A stretch of 64,000 bases of DNA from Chiloscyllium plagiosum (Eukaryota), in NCBI RefSeq assembly GCF_004010195.1, contig NC_057718.1, forward strand, positions 55,088,196-55,152,195, in the 5' to 3' direction. The position numbers and the translations under genes were made by a program. How positions within the stretch are numbered: position 1 is the first letter of the stretch; the number at the start of each line of letters is the position of its first letter. The notes beneath the pieces were generated by a model. It was not told where the DNA came from. It searched no databases and was given only the letters and a program-made list of their open reading frames with translations. Below are positions 49,110 through 63,030 of the stretch, piece after piece.

Positions 49110-50760
49110 CATTATGCAACTATGGCATCGGAAGTAATATTGCCAGGAAGATTTAATTTCCGGGATGGCCCAATTAGAATACAAAATTGGACATCTTGGA
49201 GGAAACAGTTCTTGAAGAAGATATGGAATAACTGCATGCTAAGGTGGAATCTGAGTAAGTAAATACACCCTGTGTATTCTATACACCTGGGAGTATAGAA
49301 GATGATGTTATAGCTTGCAACATTGTAAAGGAAGCAATCGACATATTTAGGGAGATAAGTGGTGGTGATAGAAATGGGATTTGAAGAATAATCTGCCGAC
49401 TCACATAGTTCCTTCTTTGCTGTCCACTATACCTCCAATTTTGGTGTCAGCTGCAAACTTACTAACTATACTTCCCATGTTTGGATGTGAACATCGGAAG
49501 TATAGTTAGCAAGTTTGCAGATGACACCAAAATTGGATGTGTAGTGGACTGCAAAGATGATTACCTCAAAGTACAATGGGATCTTGATCAGATGAGCCAA
49601 TGGGGAGAGGAGTAGCAGATGGAGATTAATTTAGATAAATGTGAGGTGTTATATTTTGGAAAGGCGAATCAGGGCAGGACTTATACACTTAATGGTAAGG
49701 TCCTAGGAAGTGTTGCTGAACAAAGACACCTAGGAGTGCAGGTCATTGATCCTTAAAAGTGGAGTCTCAGGTAGATAGGAGAATGAAGAAAACATTTAGT
49801 ATATTTCCCTTTATTGGTCAGAACATTGACTCTAGGGGTTGGGAGGTCATGTTGCAACTATACAAGACATTGGTTAGGCCACTTTTAGAATATTGTGTGC
49901 CATCCTGGTCTCCCTCCTATAGGAGGGATGTTGTGAAACTTGGAAGTTTTCAGAAAATATTTACAAGGATGTTGCCAGGATTGGAGGGTTTTAGCTATGG
50001 AGAGAGGCTGAACAGACTGGGGCTGTTTTCCCTGGAGTGTTGGTGGCTGAGGGGTGACCTTATAGAGGTTTATAGAATCATTAGGGGCATGGATAGGAAA
50101 AATAGACAAGGTCCTTTCCCTGGGTTGGGGAGTCCAAACTAGAGGATGTAGGTTTAGAGTGAGAGGGGAAAGATTTAAAAGATGCTTAAGGGGCAACGTT
50201 TTCACGCAAAGGGTGGTGCGTATATGGAATGAGCTGGTAGAGGAAGTGGTTTAGGCGGGTACAATTACAATATTTAAAAGACATTTAAGTACATGATGAG
50301 GAAGGGTTTAAATAAGACTAGATTAATTTAGGATATCTGGCCAGCATGGACGACTGGACCAAAGGGTCTGTATCTGTGCTGTAGATCTCTATGACTATGA
50401 CTCTACTGTAAGCTACACCGTGAAGGTCATCAGCAGTTATTTCAATTACTTCAAAAATTATTTCAACCTCAGAACTAATTGAGTGAGAATTAACAGAAGA
50501 GTTCAGCATCCACAGAAATCTGTAGATGACTTCATTACTAATCTCTACAGACTAATGAAAAGATGTGACACTGATGACTTAAAGTTAGAATTCATAAACG
50601 ACCAAATTGTTGTAGGTGTTACTGATGAGTCTTTGTTATACTTATTACAGCGCAAAGATGACCTAACTCTAGAGAAAGCCATTCTGAGTGAGCAAAGCAG
50701 ATGTCCAGAAACAACATTGATAAATCTAAAGAATCAACAAAACTTGGAATGGATGATGAT
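49110..50760 (+). pseudogene. Gypsy-type gag fragment interrupted by a CR1
   Basis: NRRVQHPQKSVDDFITNLYRL...EFINDQIVVGVTDESL..LLQRKDDLTLEKAI (50483-50685); weaker N-terminal remnant near 49110-49330. Confidence 0.6.
49412..50405 (+). mobile_element. CR1 LINE 3' ~0.9 kb with inverted 5' duplication
   Basis: SKFADDTK, LVRPLLEYC, LRGDLIEVY; tail CTCTATGACTATGACTCTA. Confidence 0.9.
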
Positions 50761-52714
50761 CAGACACTTTTCAATTCTTAAGTTATGAAACTGCACAAGA
50801 CATACATGAACAGCTAATGCAATTTGTAGGACAACCACCAGATAGTAAAATTCCTTGCAAATAGTTTGGTCAACTGTAAAGATGAAAACCACAATACTTA
50901 GCAAATACAGAGATAATATCTATTTATTTGTTGAATGCTTTCTGTTTCTTCAAGAATGTTTTGATCATTTTAATCAAGGGATTGTTATTAGCAGAGTGGG
51001 GATAGATTTACTTTGTTCTTCCTATACTTGTATCTCATAATATCTAATTATTCAATCTTAATAACCTTTTCCTGGAGAAGATTCAAAAATAGAAAATCAG
51101 AAAAATATTGTACAACTAGTCCTCATAAGTGAGCTCCAAACCTGTCAAAAGAATAGAGATATTTTAAATATCATGTTTAATGCACAATTTTTCTCATCTA
51201 CTTAAGTTCATTACTATCTGATTTAGGTGTACCACAACTTTTTTTTTTAATGCTGATTAACCCTCGGTATTGACCAATATCTGCATCTTCAGATCTTGAG
51301 TATATCATATATTTGGATTGGATGTATGTACTTACTTATTCTGGTAAATGTCTTTGCTGAGGATATTGTTTTTCTCTTCCGGGAGGCATAGATATTGTGG
51401 TTGTCAAGAGTCCTTTCCTTTCTAACCAAGACCATTCCAGATTCTAGATTTCAAATCTCAACTAGGACTAACAGGCCATTGATAGGAGAACTACATCTAA
51501 TTGTCTTTCTCTCAAATGTGAAAGACACTTTATCCTTTAATTCCGTTAACACCCTTTATCATTTAATTTCTTGTTCTATGAGTCTAGATTTAATTATATC
51601 TTAACGTTTAATAAAATTTAAGATAAGTTAATTTCTCAGAAGTTAGATGAACACAAAAAAAGGACATGACTAATACTAGAAGTTGTCATCACTTCCTGAC
51701 CAGAAGTTTGATCCTGACTTCTTCATCACAAAGACTGTCTACTTGCACATCTGTAACACTATTCACCCCTGCAGAGCCTCACCCATATTTTATTGAAACT
51801 CTCCTCACTGCCTCTTTTAACTCAAGGCTTGGCTACCTGCTGTGGTGTCTCGTTTTGTGTTTCAATGGTCTGTTGGCTTCAGCACATCCACACTTCAACT
51901 GTTTGAGACTTATTGTTTACCAAGTACCACTTAGCCAACATTTTAGACCTTTTTTAGCTACATTTACATTTGTCCTCCAGTATCTTCAATAAAAAAATTT
52001 TGTCCTCATGCTTTCATCCCTTCATGGTATTGCCTTTCTGCATCTATAACCTCCCCCCCCCCCCCCCCTTTCATTCCTAACACCTCTTCCAGAACTCTGA
52101 ATTCCTCCACTAATTGCATCACTTTGCTCCCTCTTTGGCTGAAGTACTTTTAGCTATCTAGACCCCACATTTTGAAATTTCTTCTCTAAGCTCATTTGCC
52201 TTTCTACCATCATTACGTTCCCAAAAAATCACACCTTTGTTTTGGTCACCTGCTCGAATATTTGCTTTGGCTTGGTATCTTTTTTTTCTCTAATTATCAT
52301 CTTTATTAAGCTTTTTGAATCAATCTAAGTTTAAGGTGGTATATGAATGCAAGTTGTTAGTGCACAACTACTTAGTGTGAAGAGTGAAAAGACCAGAAGA
52401 TTGATTTCTATTTCATCAACTGGCAAATAGGAGAATAGAACTTTTGAATTCCTACAATGCGGAAAGAGGCCATTCAACCCATCGAGTCTACACCTTCCCT
52501 CTGAAGAACATCCCACTGATCCCCAGATCTCATCGTAGCCCCATCACCCCACATTTACCATGACTAACCCATCTAAACTAATGATCCCTGGACGCTATAG
52601 ACTGTGTGGCAAGGAAGTTAATCTGAATGTTCCTCAATGGAAAACCATGGATGAACCAGGAGATCCATTGCCTACTGAAGACCGTTGTGCAGCATTCAAG
52701 TCAGACGACCTTAA

Positions 52715-53945
52715 TCTTTAAGGGAAATGCAGCATAGTTAAATGACTTGGTGCTCTGACCTCAATAATTATGAAGAGCTTCGAGAGGTTAGTAATGGTTC
52801 ATATCAACTCTCGCCTCCCAAAATGCCTTGATCCCTTGCAATTCACCTATCATCACAACAGATCCACAGCGTGTGCTATTTCCCTGGCCCTACATTCATC
52901 CTTGGAACATCTGGATAACAATGATACCTACATCACACTTCTACTTATTGACTACAACTTCAACTTCAACACTATAAATCCAACAAATTAATCTCCAAAC
53001 TCTCAGACCTCGGTCTCTGCTCCATTCTCTACAACTAGATCCTCGACTTCCTGACCCATAGACCACAATCAGTGAGAATAGGCGACAACACCTCCTCCAC
53101 CATAATCCTTGACACTGGTGCCCAATAAGTCTGAATACTCAGCTCCTTACTATACTCCTTATACTCATGACTGTGTGGACAAATTTTGTCCTAATTCTTT
53201 CAACAAGTTCGCTGATGACACCATGTTGTAGCATGGATCTCAAACAATGACGAGACAGAATACAGGAAAGAGACAGACTGTTTGATAGCGTGTGTAAGGA
53301 TAACAATCTCTTCCTCAATGTCAGCAAAATGAAAGAGCTAGTCATTGACTTTAGGAACAAGGTGGAGATACCCCCCCTCATCTGCATTAATGGTGCTGAG
53401 GTGGAGATGGTTGACAGCATCAAATTTCTGGGCGTGATGATCACCAACAATCTGTCCTGGTCCACCCATATTGATGCAATAGTCAAGATGACACAACAAT
53501 GCCTCTACTTCCTCTGGAGGCTAAGGAAATTCGGTATGTCTGTAAAGATTTTCACCAATTTTTTTATAGATGCACCATAGAAAGCATTCTATCCGGATGT
53601 ATCATGGCTTGGTTTGGCAACTGCTCTGTCCAGGACCATATGAAACTACAGAGAGTTGTGAACACAACTCATTCCTGATGAACGGCTTTTGCCCGAAACG
53701 TTGATTTTCCTGCTCCTAGGATGCTGCCTGACCTGCACCACTCTAATCTTGTCTCTAATCTCCAGCATCTACAGTAGCCACTTCTGCAGAGTTGTGAACA
53801 CATGAAAGCCAACCTTCCATCCATTTTCTCCACCTATACTTGTCACCAACTTGGAAAGGCAGCTAACACAATCAAAGACCGTTGTACACAAAACATAACT
53901 TCTCAAAGTACCTAGGTACATGTGACAATAATAAATTAAATCAAA
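52715..53945 (+). mobile_element. Rex1/Babar-clade LINE RT fragment with Penelope-like insert (about 53668-53775)
   Basis: MKSFERLV...LDPLQF.Y..NRST; NNLFLNVSKMKELVIDFR; KFLGVMITNNLSW. Confidence 0.88.
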
Positions 53946-53949
53946 TCTG

Positions 53950-54120
53950 CCCAATCTACCTAACCTGCACATCTACGGTCAGTGGGAGGAAACTGGTGCA
54001 CCTGGAGGAAACCCACACAGACACAGGTAGAACATGCAAAATCCACAGTCACCCAAAGCTGGAATCAAACCTGGGTCCCTGGTGCTGTGAGGCAGCACTG
54101 CCAGCCACTGAGCCACCATG
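53950..54120 (-). mobile_element. HE1-type SINE, partial
   Basis: Reverse complement of the SINE head and core. Confidence 0.75.
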
Positions 54121-56394
54121 ACTTTTATTTTCAGCAAGTGCAAAATTGCAAATGACATAATATGCTTGGCTATATTTAACGTTTTCTTATTAATGCGACT
54201 TTCAAAACATAAAATTAAGACGCCTATCCATTAAAATTTCACAATTTACCAAATATTTCACAGTTATTCCAAAAGTTGAAAACTTCAATGTTCATTCCGT
54301 AACAGTCATATACTTTTGGTCTTAAATAGTAAACCAGACTTTTACACAGTAACAATTGGCAGCAGCTCAAAGAGACTGTTACATAATCTTTTTGTACTCT
54401 TGTGTAGCTTGTGTTTAAAATTTCTGGGATATGCTAAACACAAAATACTTCGTGTTAATCCAGAAATGTTTTGTGTCTGCATGTTGCATTGAAATTGCTT
54501 TGAGGCAAAATTGTCAGTCAGCGTGTCCATGTGTACTAGAAATAGATTACTAGTAATCACATGTAAGTGATTATTTTCACTGATTCTAGCTTTTCTAAAT
54601 CACAAAAACTAGAAAAGAGGAAAATGTCAAAAGTTTACATAAAATGAGAGTAAATCTTTTTACCTATGAGACCTAAACTAAAAACGTAAATGAAAATACA
54701 GGAATGATTTTTTCTAAAAGGCAGCATCCCTCATGAAGCATAGAATTACTGTAATAATCATTTCAATAGCTAGAGATAGTTCAGAGTATGTTAGAAGCTT
54801 AATTAGAAGGCAATTGCATGTGATAGACATACTTTAGCATATTAGAAATTGAAAATCTAGAGAACAAGGCAAGCTCAGTGAAGGTTATGTGATAAATCCT
54901 ATAACTTAGTGGACATCAAATTTATTTTGGCAGTGATACAAAGAGAACATTAGCAGCCTGTTTCTTGCACAACACAATTTTCTTCTGAGTCAGTCAACAA
55001 AGAGATGCTGGGGCAGGGTGTTGTGGTCGCCCTTGTACAATAGTACAATAAGGTCTGAGTATTTCCTACATGTTACTCAATGGGTAAGAAATCATGAGGC
55101 TGGTTCTTGTTAAGACAGAGATCTTTAAATTTATTAGCAACACTATTTACAATGCTATATGATCTCAACTTACACATAGAACAGTCTTCTTAACCCCTAA
55201 ATGTTTTGGGCTATAGCAAGAAAAAATTGTGAACATTAGGTGATATCCGATGAGGCTTTCTCAACATTGAGACCAAAATGTTGCATATTTCAACAAAGTC
55301 CTGGATATTGATACAAGATCCTCATTAATGAGCAGTGAAAGGCCTTTTAATCTGAATTATCGTTCATTTTCACCCTTACTACTCTAATATGCAGATTTTG
55401 ATTCTCTTAACTACCGGATAGAAAATAGACTCTGAAATTTTGTAACATGAAAGCCATGAGACATGGCGACTCTAGCTTGCTGTTTGTTCCTCCAACTGTC
55501 ATCTTGGACATCCAGCACCAACTTATCAGGGCATAGTCCATGGTCAGTGGCCGCATGCACCGCATGTCCATGGGCATTGTACCTGACACATACCAGTCTC
55601 TTCCAATTGTGATATAATAAACTTTAGAACTTTAATAACTGTTCATGGATTGAAAGAATCAACAAAGATAAACTGTTACACATGGAAAGAAGCAGCAACA
55701 ATTGTCTGGAATAAACTATTAAGATACAAGGACAAACTTATACAGAAATTGAAAGCAATTAGGTATGTCTGGGAAGAGAAGGAGTTGAGGCTACATAAAC
55801 AAAACTGATTCATCAATTCTTTGATGAATGACTGCCTCATGCAGAAGGACAACTGATTGCTTTGCAGAAGAATTTAAAGCTATGCCTTCAAACAGATAAG
55901 TTAATGCCAAATGCAACAAGGAACAAAGAAGCTACTGCTGATACTTTTGATAACTTGCACTATTTTGGCTGAAATAATCTAAAGAATCAGCAATAGTATC
56001 ACATCATAGAACTGAAGGATAAAAACAATTGTATAAGAAATGAACACCAGTACAATTCAGTAGCAGAACTTCAAAGAACAACACTACACAAGGATCAAAT
56101 CCTGGACACTTCCAAGGACAGAGACTGTTAGTTGGAATTGTAGCTAATTTCCACCATTAATCAGATAATAGCCAAGTTGTGAGGCTTAACTTGCCTACTT
56201 GAGGGATCTTATTTTGGTTGCTACATGCAATAAAGTTTAAGTCATTATTTTAGTACTTGAATGTCTGTGAGATTTCTTAATAATTAGCTGAATTAAAGGT
56301 AACTTATGGTGATTTACCCACAGCACCAACATCATGACACGTCTCTGATCCACTAACAGAACATTTCTGCACATCGGTGCTGTACTTTGGAGCA

Positions 56395-57070
56395 CCTTGG
56401 AGTGCAGGTTCATAGCTCCTTGAAAGTAGAGTCGCAGGTAGATAGGATAGTGAAGAAGGCGTTTGATATAGTTTCCTTAATTGGTCAGACTATTGAGTAT
56501 AGGAGTTAGGAGGTCATGTCACAGCTATACAGGACATTGGTTAGGCCATTTTTGGAATATTGCGGTTAGTTCTGGTGTCCTCCCTATCGGAAAGATGTTG
56601 AAAGGATTCAGAAAAGATTTACAAGAATATTGCCTGGGTTGGAGGATTTGAGCTACAGAGAGAGGTTGATTAGGCTAGGGCTGTTAACCCTGGAGCTTCG
56701 GAGACTTATAAAATCATGAGGGGCATGGATAGGATAAATAAACAAGGTGTTTTCCCTGGGGTGGGGGAATCCAGAACTAGAGGTCATAGGTTTAGGGTGA
56801 GAGAGAAAAGATATAAAAGAAAACTAAGGAGCAACTTTTTAAGGAAGAGGGTGATGCGTGTGTGGAATGGGCTGCCAGAGGAAGTGTGGAGCCTAGTACA
56901 ATTGCAACATTTAAAAGGCATTTGGATGGGTATATGAATAAAAAGGGTTTGGAGGGATATGGGCTGGGTGCTGGCAGGTGGGACTAGATTAGGTGAGGAT
57001 ATCTGGTCAGCATGGACAAGTTGGACCGAAGGGTCTGTTTCCATGCTGTACATCTCTATGACTCTATGAC
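56395..57070 (+). mobile_element. CR1 3' fragment
   Basis: Highly similar to 25490-26170 including the CTCTATGACTCTATGA tail. Confidence 0.9.
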
Positions 57071-57529
57071 TCCAGCACCTCCAGTTGAAGTGATGCTGCA
57101 AGGACACTTTTTACAGGAATAGGCACTTGGATTGAACTAGATTGTAATGTAGGATTCCTCATTTGCTCCCTTAGCAGTCACTTTATGCCTTGCCTGCATT
57201 TTTGTGCTTTGGCTCCTCAGCCGGACTTTAAAGATTCACAGCGCTTTAGTCTTATCTTTCTGTCTATCATGATCAATGCCAGGAAATGCCAGGAATTAAT
57301 GGTCAAGTGGTTGGACATGTTGCTGTATGGCACCAAATACATCAATGTTACACTTGCACCATGTGTCAGCCATGTAAGTGTATGCACCATGTGCCAGTCA
57401 TATATCTGTTTCTAAAAGTCTAACTGGAGTAGTCTTCAGTCAAGTCCAGGGATTCCTGGCCCAGTAAATCAAGGGTAGCTAAAATTAATGGTATGTTGGA
57501 CGTTTGGGGCGGTCAGGGTTAGATTCCTC

Positions 57530-58080
57530 TTTTTGTAGGGTTGAAGAGAAGAATGCTAGGCATTCCACCACCTATCCTGGCTCTTTTCGCCCTCGTATGG
57601 GCAGTTGCTCCTGGACTGTGACAAAGATGAGGATTGAGTGAAATGAAAGTGGATGGCAAGACTCTAGATGGTGGTGGTCCAGAAGAGGCAGAAATGGTGA
57701 AATATCCTGTATGAATGCACAGGCAATGCAGGCAGCATGTAGGGTTAGAGAGAGTGAAGCAAGATGTTGCATGTAACATTGAGAGTGGTAGAACATGAGC
57801 TCTAGTGAGAAGTGGCTGCATAGAAAATGAGGTAGCAGAGAGAAGTTGGTGACATGTATCTGGTGGAATAGAGAAATCGTTGACCTTTTGGCATTGCGAG
57901 GCATTTCTTGGGACCATAGGGTCTGCACTGACTCAGGTGACAATCTTGGACCAGGCTGTAAGGATTTAGTATCTTGTCCTAATCTGCCAGTTCTGGTTGA
58001 AGAGAACATCCCTCTTCTGTACCATACCGTACAGTAGGATCTCTAGGTGCCTCTCTGCAAAACCAACATCAATGTCCCGT
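57530..58080 (-). pseudogene. Second PIF/Harbinger Myb/SANT-like gene remnant
   Basis: AWSKIV...VSADPMVPRNASQCQKVNDF and a downstream AHTRAKRARIGGGMP motif. Confidence 0.55.
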
Positions 58081-59269
58081 TGTCTGCCATATCTGGGATA
58101 AATAGCTGGGACAGGTCTGGACTGTCACCCTGGTCCACATCAACTTCTTAAATCTGGAGCCAGCTTCAGGGATCCAGATGTGGCATAAGACCATATGACA
58201 TAGGAGCGGAATAGGTCATTCAGCCCAATGAATCTATTTTGCCATTCAATGAGATCATAGTTTATCTGATAACCTTCAATTCCAATATCCTGCCTTTTCC
58301 CCATAATTTTTGATTTCCTTATTGATTAAAAATCTGTCTATATGAGACTTAACTATACTTAATATAAATCTAGTAGTAACAAATTCTTCAGATTCACTAT
58401 CGGTTCAAAGAAGACATTCCTCTTCCTCTCTCCCTAATTCTGACTTAATGCCCGTTGCTCCCAGACTCATAAGAGGAAACAACCTTTTCACATATGCCCT
58501 GTCAAGGGAATTTCAAGTACATCTGCTTATGGTGAGTCGCAAAATCCAGCTTGCATCGGCTAATGCGGGTGCCAAATTTGGGATGATGACATACAAAAAG
58601 TTGTTAGACCTTGCAAAGAGAAACTCTCAATGAAATGTGATAAAAATAATATTTAGCCAATAAACTGGCTTCTGTGATTACTGCTTTTATCATAATTACT
58701 GCTACTCTTGTCTCGATACACGCTTTTGAGGTTGAAGCAAATGCCTTTATAACGGAATATCACATGGTGTGATGTAATTTAACTGTGTTAAAAGTACATT
58801 TCCTTCTCTGATGTGTAATCAATGCAATAATACAACATTCCCCCATTTAAATGATTTATAATAAATGGGTACGAGAATGCATATGGATATATTACTTCTA
58901 CACATGAAGATAAAACTGTATGGAATGTATGGTATGACAAGAATTAGTCCTCATATAGTTATCATGACTTGACTGTGTAGCTTCATTCTATGCTGTGCTG
59001 TTTGCTTTCACATATAAATAAGCATCATTTATTGTAAATGTGTTATGGCCATGTAGCACTAAAATAATATTCCTGTTGACACTGTCAACCTGTGTAATGC
59101 GTGATTTGATCATATGCAGTTCGACTATATCACTTATTTATTCACAGGGCTTGACCATTGCTTATTACAGTGTCGGCTGAACATGATGATTTAGCATTTT
59201 CCACAATGAAAATCATATGAAAATCTCAAACATTTATTTCTTGCCCTGTTCAAGTTAGAATAAGTATCC

Positions 59270-59725
59270 ACATTAATGGTAGGGGCCTGGGGAGTATTGC
59301 TGAACAAAGATACCTTGGAGTGCAGGTTCATAGATCCTTGGAAGTGGAGTCGCAGGTAGATAGGATAGTGAAAAAGGCATTTGATATGCTTGCCTTTTTT
59401 AGTCAGTGATTTGAGTATAGTAGTTAGGCTGTTGGTTAGGGCTCTTTTGCAATACTGTGTTCAATTCTGGTCTCCCTGTTTTAGTAAGGATGTTGTGAAA
59501 CTTGCAAGGGTTCAGAAAAGATTTACAAGGATGTTGCCAGGATTGAAGGGTTTGAGCTATAGGGAGAAGTTGAATAGACTGGGGCTACTTCATCTGGATC
59601 ATCGGAGGCTGAGGGGTGAGCTTATAGAAGTTTATAAAATCATAAGGGGCATGGATATGGTAAATAGTCCTGTGGTTGGGAGTCCAAAGCTACAGGGCAT
59701 AGGTTTACGGTGAGGGGGAAAGATA
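59270..59725 (+). mobile_element. CR1 fragment
   Basis: LVRALLQYCVQFWSP...RLRGELIEVYKI. Confidence 0.85.
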
Positions 59726-59736
59726 AAAAAGGGCAA

Positions 59737-60125
59737 AAGTGAGGACTGCAGATGCTGGAGATCACAGTCAAGATTAGAGTGGTGCTGGAAAAGCACAGCA
59801 GGTCAGGCAGCATCCAAGGAGCAGGAAAATCAATGTTTCAGGCAAAAGCCCTTCATCAGGAATGAGGCTGGGAGCCTCCGGGGTGGAGAGATAAATGGGA
59901 GGGGATGGGGCTGGGGAGAAGGTAGCTAAGAGTGCAATAGGTGGAGGGAGTTGGGGATGAAGGTGACAGGTTGGAGAGGAGGGTGGAGCGGTTAGGTGGG
60001 AAGGAAGATTGGTAGGAAGGACAGGTCATGAGGATGGTGCTGAGCTGGCAGGTTGGAACTGGGGTAAGGTTGGGGGAGGGGAAATGAGGAAACTGGTGAA
60101 GTCCACATTGATGCCCTGGGGTTGA
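59737..60125 (-). mobile_element. Penelope-like element 3' fragment
   Basis: Reverse complement of 34290-34630 (PQG.NVDF.SF C-terminal remnant, C-rich UTR, terminal motif). Confidence 0.7.
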
Positions 60126-60469
60126 AGTCTTTATCCCCTTTATCCCCCTCCGTCCACGCATCAACAAATTCAAAATGTGTCTTCCACCTTGGAACACTTC
60201 AACCCCCTTCATAAACCTTGCCACATTTCTAACTGTATTTCCTCTTTAAATGCTTCCTCTTTAACTAAATTTTTGCTCATCAAACCTAATAGCTTCTTAT
60301 GTGGTTTGGTGATGAATTTTGTTTCATAATGTTCCTTTGAAGCACTCTGGGATATTTTATTGCATAGTGTAAAAATGCTTTTCATTTTCGTACAAAGTAC
60401 ATTTAAAAAATAATTTTCCCTTAGTAGAAACAGCAAAACAATTTTGAGGATTAAAAGCAGTTAGCTTTG

Positions 60470-60496
60470 TATATATATATATATATATATATATAT
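60470..60496. repeat. (TA)n microsatellite
   Basis: Directly visible. Confidence 0.98.
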
Positions 60497-61779
60497 GGAA
60501 ACTGCAAAAAAAGGAACCTTTGATCTTTTATGATGAACTTTTGTTGATTTTCAAAATTTTTGTTTATTAAACACTACATAAGTTGGCCAACTCACTAATT
60601 GTAAACTTTAAAGCAGTAACTTGTAAGTAGTGGATGGATGCCTAACAGTTCAAAATGAGTTGTGAAAGGGACAGGGTAAGGCTGGTCATCGGAAGTGCAG
60701 TGGGTGGTGGCTGATTATCTGAAAAATTGCCATAGTCAGCGTGGACCTCTTTATATTGGAATGGGTCCACTATATTCTTGACACTAATCCCAGCCCTGTC
60801 ATGTCACAATGCCACAGTCCAGCCAGACAATTGATTCTGCCACTATTCAATTACCAGGACTTCAGTTCAATGACATAATCCTTCCCTGGACTCACAAGTC
60901 CTTGAAGTGCCTTCCCATTGTTCCCATGACAGAATCACCTTCCTCCACACTCCCAAGTTTGCACACCTAGTTCTGCTGCTATTCTGATTCGGAATGGAAT
61001 ATAGTTGAATTGCAAGCTTAAAAAGTCCTGGCTGGAAAGTTCTGGTCATTTACAGTGTGAACTGTGCATGCACCCTGACTGACAGCCTCAAATGAATTCT
61101 GATTTGCTGTATTTGAGCTAGTGGCTCTGGGTGTTTGAACAAGTGATGTTGACTCTTCATCAGAGGTTTGGTTTATTGCTTGCCCTTCATGATGAGCTTG
61201 CGATGACTGTCAGGCACCTGCTCTTGGACATCTGAAAGCAAAAATGCAGAAGGAGGAAAAGTGAACTGTATTAAGTGATTACAGAATGCAAGAGGTCTGT
61301 AATCCCACCATCTACAAATCACATTGTGCACTTGGTGCAAGATTGTAAGATTAGGGTAGGATATGTCTTGATAAGGAACTCTTTTGAGTGAGGGGCAGGA
61401 TACCTTGAGAAGTCCATGCTCGCTGTATGTTGTGTGTTAGCCACATATGCTGCTGACGTTCATTCTTGAACATGCAGCCAGTTGTTTTGCATTAGGCTGT
61501 CACCTGAGATCATATAAATGAACATGCAGCACCAAGTTTGAGTATTGCCTATCTCATTGGAACTGGATGCACAGCCATTCCACATTGCAATCCTCAAACC
61601 TGAAAACAGGCCTTAATGATTTTCCTTCCCTAGTATGAGGTACAGACACCAATTTTAGTGCCCTAAAATTCTTATCTAGCTAATATTATCTAGCTCAGTA
61701 CAGAACTGAAACTTAGCTATAAAATTCAGTTGTACATCAAGAGATTGCACTACTATTAAACTGGACAAATTGCTGTCCT

Positions 61780-63030
61780 CAGCAGTCTTGGTCCCCTTAT
61801 TTAATGAAGGCTATTTAATTGGAGGCAGTTCAGAGAAAGTTCACCAGGATGATCCCTGGTGTCAAGGGATTGTATTATGAGCAAATGCCAGACTCTACTC
61901 GTTGGAATTTAGAAGAATTAGAGGTGATGTCACAGCCCTGGAAGCTTACAACTAAATGGCTTTAACATAGAATTCACCAACTTCCAAACCTTCCACCCCA
62001 ACTTCATTCCAGGCACACTCCTCCCTCTCCAATCCGCCCCCTTAACCTGACCCTACCCGTCCATCTTCCTCCCTACCTATCTGCTCCACCCTTCCCACTG
62101 ACCAATCACAGCCAACTCCTACCTGCATCCACCTATCACCATCCCACCACTTCCCTCTATTTATTTTGCAGCCTCCATCCCTCTCCCAATCCTGATGAAA
62201 AGTTCTGACCTGAAACATGGACTCCCCTTCTCCTCTGAATCTGCTTGGCTTGCTGTGCTTTATCCAGCTCAATTCTTTATCCACTCTGACTCTTCAGCAC
62301 CAGCAGTTCTCACTCTCTCCTTGTTAAAGGATTTGACAAGGTAAATGCTGACAGGATATTTTCCCTAATGGGGGAGCATAGAACCAGAGGGATTAGCCTC
62401 ATAATAAAGGGGCTCCAATTTAAGAATAAGAAAATAAGGAATTTGTTTTCTCTGGCTGTTGTGACTTTTTGGAATTCCACACCACAGAGAGCTGTGGGGC
62501 AGATTGCTTGCGTATATTTAGAACATAGAACATAGAAAAATACAGCATAGTACAGGCCCTTTGGCCCTTGATGTGGCGCCGATCCAAGTCCACCTAACCT
62601 ACACTAGCCCACTATCCTCCATATGCCTATCCAAGGCCCATTTAAATGCCCATAAAGAGGGAGAGTCCACCACTGCTACTGGCAGGGCATTCCATGAACT
62701 CACGACTCGCTGAGTAAAGAATCTACCTCTAACATCTGTCCTATACCTACCACCCCTTAATTTAAAGCTATGCCCCCTCGTAATAGCTGACTCCATACAT
62801 GGAAAAAGGTTCTCATGGTCAACCCTATCTAAACCCCTAATCATCTTGTACACCTCTATCAAGTCACCCCTAAGGATGAGGCTGAGATTGATGTATTCTT
62901 GATCAGTATGGGAATTAAGGTTCACAGGGAAAATCAGGAAAGTGGATATGAGGAATGCCAGATCAGTCATGATCCTATTGAATGGTGGAGCAGGTCTAAG
63001 GGGCTGAATGACCTACTCCTATTTCTTATA
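61780..63030 (+). mobile_element. Old CR1 3' fragment with nested Penelope-like piece (about 61930-62320) and a younger minus-strand CR1 (about 62520-62872)
   Basis: The CR1 sequence resumes after each insert. The minus CR1 shows LRGDLIEVYKMIRG...FFTQRVV..WNALP and an (AGAACAT)n tail. Confidence 0.75.

Noticed and set aside
55407..55589. GC-richer patch as a possible exon
   Set aside because: No recognisable protein or convincing splice pair; may be an old repeat
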